This document shows, one piece after another, positions 58,065 to 64,000 of a stretch of DNA of 64,000 nucleotides; the first letter of the stretch is position 1, and every line of letters begins with the position of its first letter. Source of the DNA: Torpedo marmorata (Eukaryota); contig OZ360237.1 of assembly GCA_977017645.1 (NCBI GenBank), forward strand, positions 40,672,001 to 40,736,000. Reading direction: 5' to 3'. The translations under genes were made by a program, and so were the position numbers. The notes beneath the pieces were generated by a model. It ran no database searches. It was not told the origin of the DNA and saw only the letters and a list, made by a program, of their open reading frames with translations.

Positions 58065-58415
58065 GTTGTCAAGGTGGAGTGATAGCTGAGCTTCTGCCTC
58101 ACTGCTCCTGTGACCTGGTCCAAATCCTGACTTCCAGTGCTGTCTGTGTGGAGTTTCCACATTCTTCCTGTGAGTTTCCTTTGAATGCACATGTTTCCTC
58201 CCACTCGCCAAAGATGTGTGGGTCGGACGGTTAATTGGCAACAGTAAATTGCCCTCAGTTTGTTGAAGAATGGTAGAATGTGGAGGAAGTTAAAAACACC
58301 AGAAAGAAACAGGGGAAGAATAAAGTGGTGCTTGTTCAGGATTAGTGTAAATGGCTGCTGCTGCTGAAGACTCGATGGGCTGAAGAGTCTATTTCCATGC
58401 CTTATAACTTTAGAG
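58065..58415 (+). mobile_element. Older HE1-like V-SINE with CR1-type tail
   Basis: tgcctcac..gtgctgtctgtgtggagttt..gtttcctccca..taaattgccc..gactcgatgggctgaag. Confidence 0.65.
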
Positions 58416-58984
58416 ACTGTTCTGCTGAAAACTATCACTCTGTCTGCCACACAGCGATTGCCACCTTGTGTATGTTATACATATTTGAAGGATAGTTTAA
58501 TCATTAAATGTCCAGTCAGAGTCATACAGGATGTGATACATGACAGAACTATCTCTGCAATCTTGAATGGAAACAGGGTAAATGACTAATATAAGCAAAC
58601 ACCATACTGTTACCATGAATTTAAACTTAAACAGAATAAAATAAACATTAATGAATCCGATATGTGCAGCATTGCTGTTGAAAGCTCCCTAACTAACTTT
58701 CAAGCAGGATACAGAAATTGAAGTTTAGAGTTGGATTGAAGGTCATCTGTTCTATGCTTGGATCTTTGAATGTTTCTGTGCATGCAATAAGCTGCCTTCA
58801 AATATTATTGCTGCGACACCTGTCTGTCCGTCCTGGTATCCAGACAGAAAGGCATGGTCCTTGGAGGTGCAACCGATGTTGAGCTGGACAAAATCAGAAA
58901 GGGAAAAAGATGTTTTGACGTGAGGTCGATCGAGCCCGTTTAGATCTCCAAAGGCTATGCCCTTCTACTCCTTAGCCTCTAGAG

Positions 58985-59212
58985 CACCCATTCTCAACCT
59001 TCTTTTGGCTATGGCCCCCCTCTTAGGACTCTACTCAAATTTATGCGCCCCCTTTCCTGTGAAGCAGTCAAGTTTTGGTTTCTCCTACTGACTATATAAA
59101 AAAAACTTTTTTAAATATTTATGTGACGTGAGGTGAAAGGAAAGCAAGGCTTTTATTTAAATGTGCTGTGGCCCACGGGGGAGGGGCATCGGAACCCATT
59201 TGAGAATGGCTG
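58985..59212 (+). mobile_element. hAT/Charlie-type MITE
   Basis: TIRs cacccattctcaa / ttgagaatggctg; degenerate 8-bp TSD ctctagag/cactaaag. Confidence 0.8.
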
Positions 59213-60062
59213 CACTAAAGTAATTCTTCAGGATCCTTTTATGTAACTCACTTCCTTTGTAACTTGAATAGTCCAAGACATTTCTATGAAAAGTTCCATA
59301 TTGACGAACACTTCTGGGTTGTTTACAGATCACAACTTGATTCTGCCGTTAAAAAATGTCAATGATAAAACACATTAACGGTGTCAAAAGATGACTTTGT
59401 CTGATGATATGAGATGCATATTTTCCCTTCTGTGGGTTAGACTCTTAGTGTGAATGACTGAGGAAAATACCGAGGCCTTTGTGACATCCTGCATTATTGG
59501 TTACATCCTCATCGTCCCCTTAGATATCCGGGTCAGATCTGGAAATTCTTGGTGACTCAGAGCTTTAAAATGACCCTCTTCTTGATCCAATACCACAAGC
59601 TTTGGCTCCTCCTCCGTGAAGCCCCATTGTTCTAAATTGGTGCCACACTATCAGTGATGCTCTACAGTTTACAGGGCTGTTGCATCCCATCTTGTCGAAT
59701 ATGAGTGGGCCATGCCAAATCCCTGAGGAAAGGGAATGACATTGCAAATTTGGATCATTAAGGAATTTTGCTCCTTTATTAAAATCATTCGGATATGAAA
59801 TCATACAGTATAAGTTTCATGTGTTGCCAGCACATCAAAGCACATTCCTGGCAATAAAGTCACTGCTCAAACTTCCTATCTATCTTCAACAAACACAATA
59901 TTGATGTTTTTTGTTCCTTTAAAAATGGATGTATTTCTTAACTGTGTCTGTTACCAGGATATTGTAGATAAGGTCTGCTCTAATCGCTTTTTAATATTAA
60001 TGACTATAAGAAAATCAGTGTTTTATCATGAAAGGAGGAAGTTAACACTTTAGTTTTTAAAA

Positions 60063-60314
60063 AAATTAAATTTAGACATACAGCACGGTAACAGGCCCTT
60101 CCTGCCCATGAGCCTGGCCGCCCAATTGCACCCAATTGACCAACAACCCCCAGTACATTTCGAACGCTGGGAGGAAACCGGAGCACCCAGTGGAAACCCA
60201 CACAGATACGGGGAGAACATACAAACTCCTTACAGACAGCGTGGGAATCGAACCCCTGTCCCAATCGCTGGCGATGTAACAGCGTTGCGCTAACCGCTAC
60301 GATAACCATGCCGC
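60063..60314 (-). mobile_element. V-SINE
   Basis: Reverse complement of the family pattern. Confidence 0.85.
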
Positions 60315-60739
60315 TTTTATACTGCAGCTTGGAATATTAATTTATCTCTCCTTTTATATGTATCTCGCTCTCTGTTTCGTGGTCATTGTGGTCATTTGTT
60401 GGTGTGTCTTACATACCTGTGTGGCTGCAATGAGTAAGAATCTCAGAGAATCTGTACGTTGTACATGCCAGTAAACTCTCATTCCTTGTATCATTATCTT
60501 TGGTAAAAGTACCGTTTCGACAACCTTTCCAAAAACCTGCAGAAATCCTGAAGGATTGCTGCAGCTTTGTGAATCATGTGTCCTACGTATTTAAATAAAT
60601 GCCGATTATAAAACAAATATGTTGGCCAGCAGTCTCTCTAACCTAGTCCTTCTCTTTGTAGTTTCTAGCCTTTGTAATCTTCAAAGCACTTTTAACAATA
60701 TTTGACATTTTCCTTTTGGCAAAATGTGGTTCAGGATTG

Positions 60740-61185
60740 ACCTATGAAAGCAGGACTGACGTGACTGCATAGACTAGATTTGTACTCATTGGAATTCAGA
60801 AGAATGAGAGGGGATCTCATTGAGACATAAAATTCTGACAGGACTAGACACGTTAGACGCAGGAAGAATGTCCTGGATGTTGGGGAAGTCCAAAAAAAGG
60901 GATCACCTTCTAAGGATGAGGGATAAGCCACTGAGGACTGAGATGAGGAGAAACCTTTTCACTCAGAGGGTTGTTATCTTCTTGAACTCCCAACCGCAGA
61001 TAGTTGTTGAGGTCAGTTCATTAGATATATTCAAAAGGGAGTTGAATGTGGCCCCTACGGCTAAAGGGATCAAGGGGTGTGGAGAGAAAGCAGGAATTGG
61101 GTACTGAAGTCACATGATCAGCCATGATTGTACTGAATGATGCTACAGGCTGGAACCTGCACTTATTTTCTATGAATCTATGAAA
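60740..61185 (+). mobile_element. CR1 3' fragment
   Basis: tactcattggaattcagaagaatgagaggggatctcattga; RTEMRRNLFTQRVV. Confidence 0.8.
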
Positions 61186-61714
61186 ACAAATCAGATGCAT
61201 ATTAACGCATCTTAATCACTTACTTGATTGGCTGTAAAGTGGTTTGGCATATCTGAGGTTGTGAACCGCTTTTGACTTGTATCATTTTTATTATGCTGGC
61301 ATAATCTATATGTTTGCATTCTTAACATATTAGAATCAGTTAATTATCATCATATCCCTATATCTCTTTATTTTAGCAGGCACTTCATAAACAAATTCCT
61401 CAATCAGTGAGAAAAGAGTTAGATACCAGAGAGTATAGTGAGAAAGGTGGATATTAAGAAGACTTTTAATGCCTAGAGGAATTCCAGAGATTTCCAAACA
61501 AAGGACTCACCAGGGTTACACCATAAGACGAGAAGACATAGGAGCAGAATTAGGCCATTTGGCTCACTATTCCATCACGGCCGATTTACTATCCTTTTTG
61601 GTGGGAAAAAGCATATTTCAAATGTACCCTGGTGTTTGACAGGGAAAGGAGAATATAATGCCATTCAACCCAGGAGGCTGTATTCATGACAGGAAACCTC
61701 AGCTGAGTTGGCAG

Positions 61715-61922
61715 ATAGAGTCGTAGAGTCGTAAAATTTGGAAACAGGCCCTTCAGTCCAACTTGCCCATACCGACCAAAATGTCCAACCCAAATTACTC
61801 CCACTGTCTGCCTTTGGTCCATATCCCACTAAACCCATCCTATCCATGTATCTGTCCAATTTGTTCTTAAACATTGCAATAATACCTACCTCAACCACCT
61901 CCTCCGGCAGCCCATTCCATAG
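61715..61922 (-). mobile_element. CR1 3' end
   Basis: (TAGAGTCG)n tail, ggaaacaggcccttc, cctcaaccacctcctccggcagcccattcca. Confidence 0.75.
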
Positions 61923-63159
61923 ATAGGTACAGTAGTTTGATTTTGTCTTACTTACAGATCTTGAAAATCACGTATTCACAGTTAAGAAACCCCACATTTA
62001 CACCAGGTACCCATCTATAGAGTCCAAGCTCCTTATAGTTGGCACAATGGAATCAGGATTTAGTCTGATGGGTTGATGTTAGTCCAGAAACAGAATGCTC
62101 TGGATAAAAGGCCATTTACTTGAACAGGACTTTAATCCACAGAAATCTTCATTCTGGAAATTAACCTTGATTGATCCCAATGTACAAATGTTTAATACCC
62201 TCCAATCTTCTTCATGACTCTCAATTAACTGGAGCTTTTGTAGTCAGTAACATTGACATCACTCTGGGAATTTGGAACTCCCGAAATGGATGCAACTGAA
62301 TTCAAATACTCAAATCCCAATGATGGCGATCGACTGTGATCAGATCAATTAATGGAACTATTAAGGGACTGAATAGCCTACACTGGTATCTGTGGTCCAA
62401 AGTTATATCCTTCTTATTCACATAGATTACCAAGTCTATATTTTACTTAATTGTGATGATCCAGCTGGTTCAATCATGGGCAGTTTCTATGCCTTTGTCC
62501 CAGTCGCAACACTTTGTAAAAATATCAACACATTCTCACATTTGTGCAAGACAGTTCAATTTTCTACCCTGTGCTGATAATGGCATTGAACGTTTGCTGC
62601 CTTGGCCAGTGCTCTCTCCAATGCATTCCTTCACTCTGCATTATCTTGCCTTTGTAATCTCTGAAACAGTCTCAGCAATAATTGGGATATTTCATTTGGT
62701 AAAGTGTGGTTACAGGTATAATCTTTAACTTCTGATAGAGAATGATGCCAGAATCCCAATCAACCAGCCTTTGTGGAATTCAACACCCACGTGCAAGAAC
62801 ATTTTGGAACATGTTACCATTCAAAATCTATACAAGGATGAAAGGAAATATTTGGGCAATTTTAGTAAACAATCGAATCAGTGCCCCACCTATTTGGAGA
62901 TTAGGAACTGAGCCATCAGTTGACATAACATGAGTCTTGAAATAAATTGGTTCTTGTAAAATCAAGCATTTTTCATTCATTGTTAACTTTATTTTAAAAA
63001 ATGACCTTAAAAGTGGGATTGCTGGAGAATGGTCTGTGCCAATTGAAATTCTAACTGTGTCAGCGACATGTCTGTATTTTGGTATGAATTCCAAACTACA
63101 AAATTGTGTTTCAGCCTGTCACATTCAAGTGTTAAAGTTTAAATATTAAATTTAATATT

Positions 63160-63412
63160 GTAATTTAAATTTTTAATTTAAGCATACAGCACAGTAACAG
63201 GCCCTTCTGGCCTACGAGCCCGTGCCGCCAAAATACCCTTATTTACCTAATACTTCAGTACATTTTTGAACGGTGGGAGGAAACTGGAGCCCCTGGGAGA
63301 ACCCACGCAGACACGGGGAGGACGTACAAACTCCTGACAGACAGCGCCGGAATCGAACCCGGGTCACTGGCACTGTAATAGCATTGCGCTAACTGCTATG
63401 CTAACTGTGCCG
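63160..63412 (-). mobile_element. V-SINE
   Basis: Reverse complement of the family pattern. Confidence 0.85.
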
Positions 63413-63674
63413 AAATGTGGCAATTAAAGGGTTAAAAATTCAAATTCACCGTAGTTGGCAACTCCTCAATTTGCGAGAACTCTATTCTTAGTTTTGACTT
63501 GATTGGACAAACCTAAGGAGTCTGACTAACTCTCAAATAGGGAACAAGCTGGAATATGTTGGGAAATCTCAGCAGGCAGGTCAGCTAGCATCTGTAGGAA
63601 GAGAAACAGAGTTAATGATTCACATCTAAGATCTTTTGTCAGAACCAAAATGGTCCTCTGGAGCGAAATACCAC

Positions 63675-63874
63675 CACTGCAGATGGTGGAATCTTGAGCA
63701 CACAAGAAGCTGGAGGGACTCAACAGGTCAGGCAGCATCCATGGGGAGAAATGGTCAGTCAACATTTCGGATCGGGATCCTTTATCTCGATAAAGAGTTC
63801 CGGCCTGAAACATTTCTACGGACGGAGGCTGTTTGACCAGTTGAGTCTCTTCAGCTTCCCATGGTTTGTGTTCC
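63675..63874. mobile_element. Head-to-head pair of Penelope termini
   Basis: Centre cctttatc-tc-gataaag at about 63779-63795; arms gactcaacaggtca / tgaccagttgagtc. Confidence 0.7.
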
Positions 63875-64000
63875 AATGGCGGCGCTGCCGGAGCTGCTGT
63901 AGCGGCAGCGCTGCCGCTGGTGCGGACCCGCGGGGAGCGTGGGAGCGGAGATACAGCGCTCCCGCGGGGTCCAGCCACCCAGTCGAATGCCGTCGGTTCC
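63875..64000 (+). other. GC-rich structured segment, probably the 5' end of a repeat continuing past the window
   Basis: Abrupt start atggcggcg; two hairpins 63878-63915 and 63924-63972. Confidence 0.4.

Noticed and set aside
1-64000. CRISPR array, operon or other prokaryotic system
   Set aside because: Sequence is vertebrate-like repeat DNA; no regularly spaced direct repeats with unique spacers were seen

Overview
Repeat-dominated eukaryotic DNA, intronic or intergenic. The repeat set (V-domain tRNA SINEs, Deu-domain SINE relics, CR1, Rex1/Babar, L1, RTE and Penelope elements) points to a cartilaginous fish; this is inferred from repeat content only. No host protein-coding gene is recognisable. 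The long ORFs in the track that I can identify are decayed retroelement ORFs or read-throughs across nested insertions. One weak candidate terminal exon lies at about 41972. Best-resolved objects: a full-length but decayed 4.4-kb Gypsy LTR retrotransposon (8112-12509, ATAGT TSD), a solo LTR (14321-14976), four TSD-bounded L1 insertions, a Penelope GIY-YIG element and several hAT, pogo and Harbinger-like MITEs. Top hunt results: (1) the Gypsy element has no tRNA primer-binding site, and instead carries a 14-nt tract exactly complementary to its own LTR polyA-signal segment, suggesting self-priming and/or polyA masking in an element with no visible chromodomain; (2) two SINEs share one body and tail but have different Pol III heads (tRNA-Thr vs 5S rRNA); (3) more than ten Penelope termini carry minimal hammerhead-ribozyme motifs with covarying stems, and three loci are arranged as head-to-head pairs. 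Coordinates were read by eye. TSD-bounded ends should be close to exact; ends of old decayed repeats are approximate. No database searches were run.
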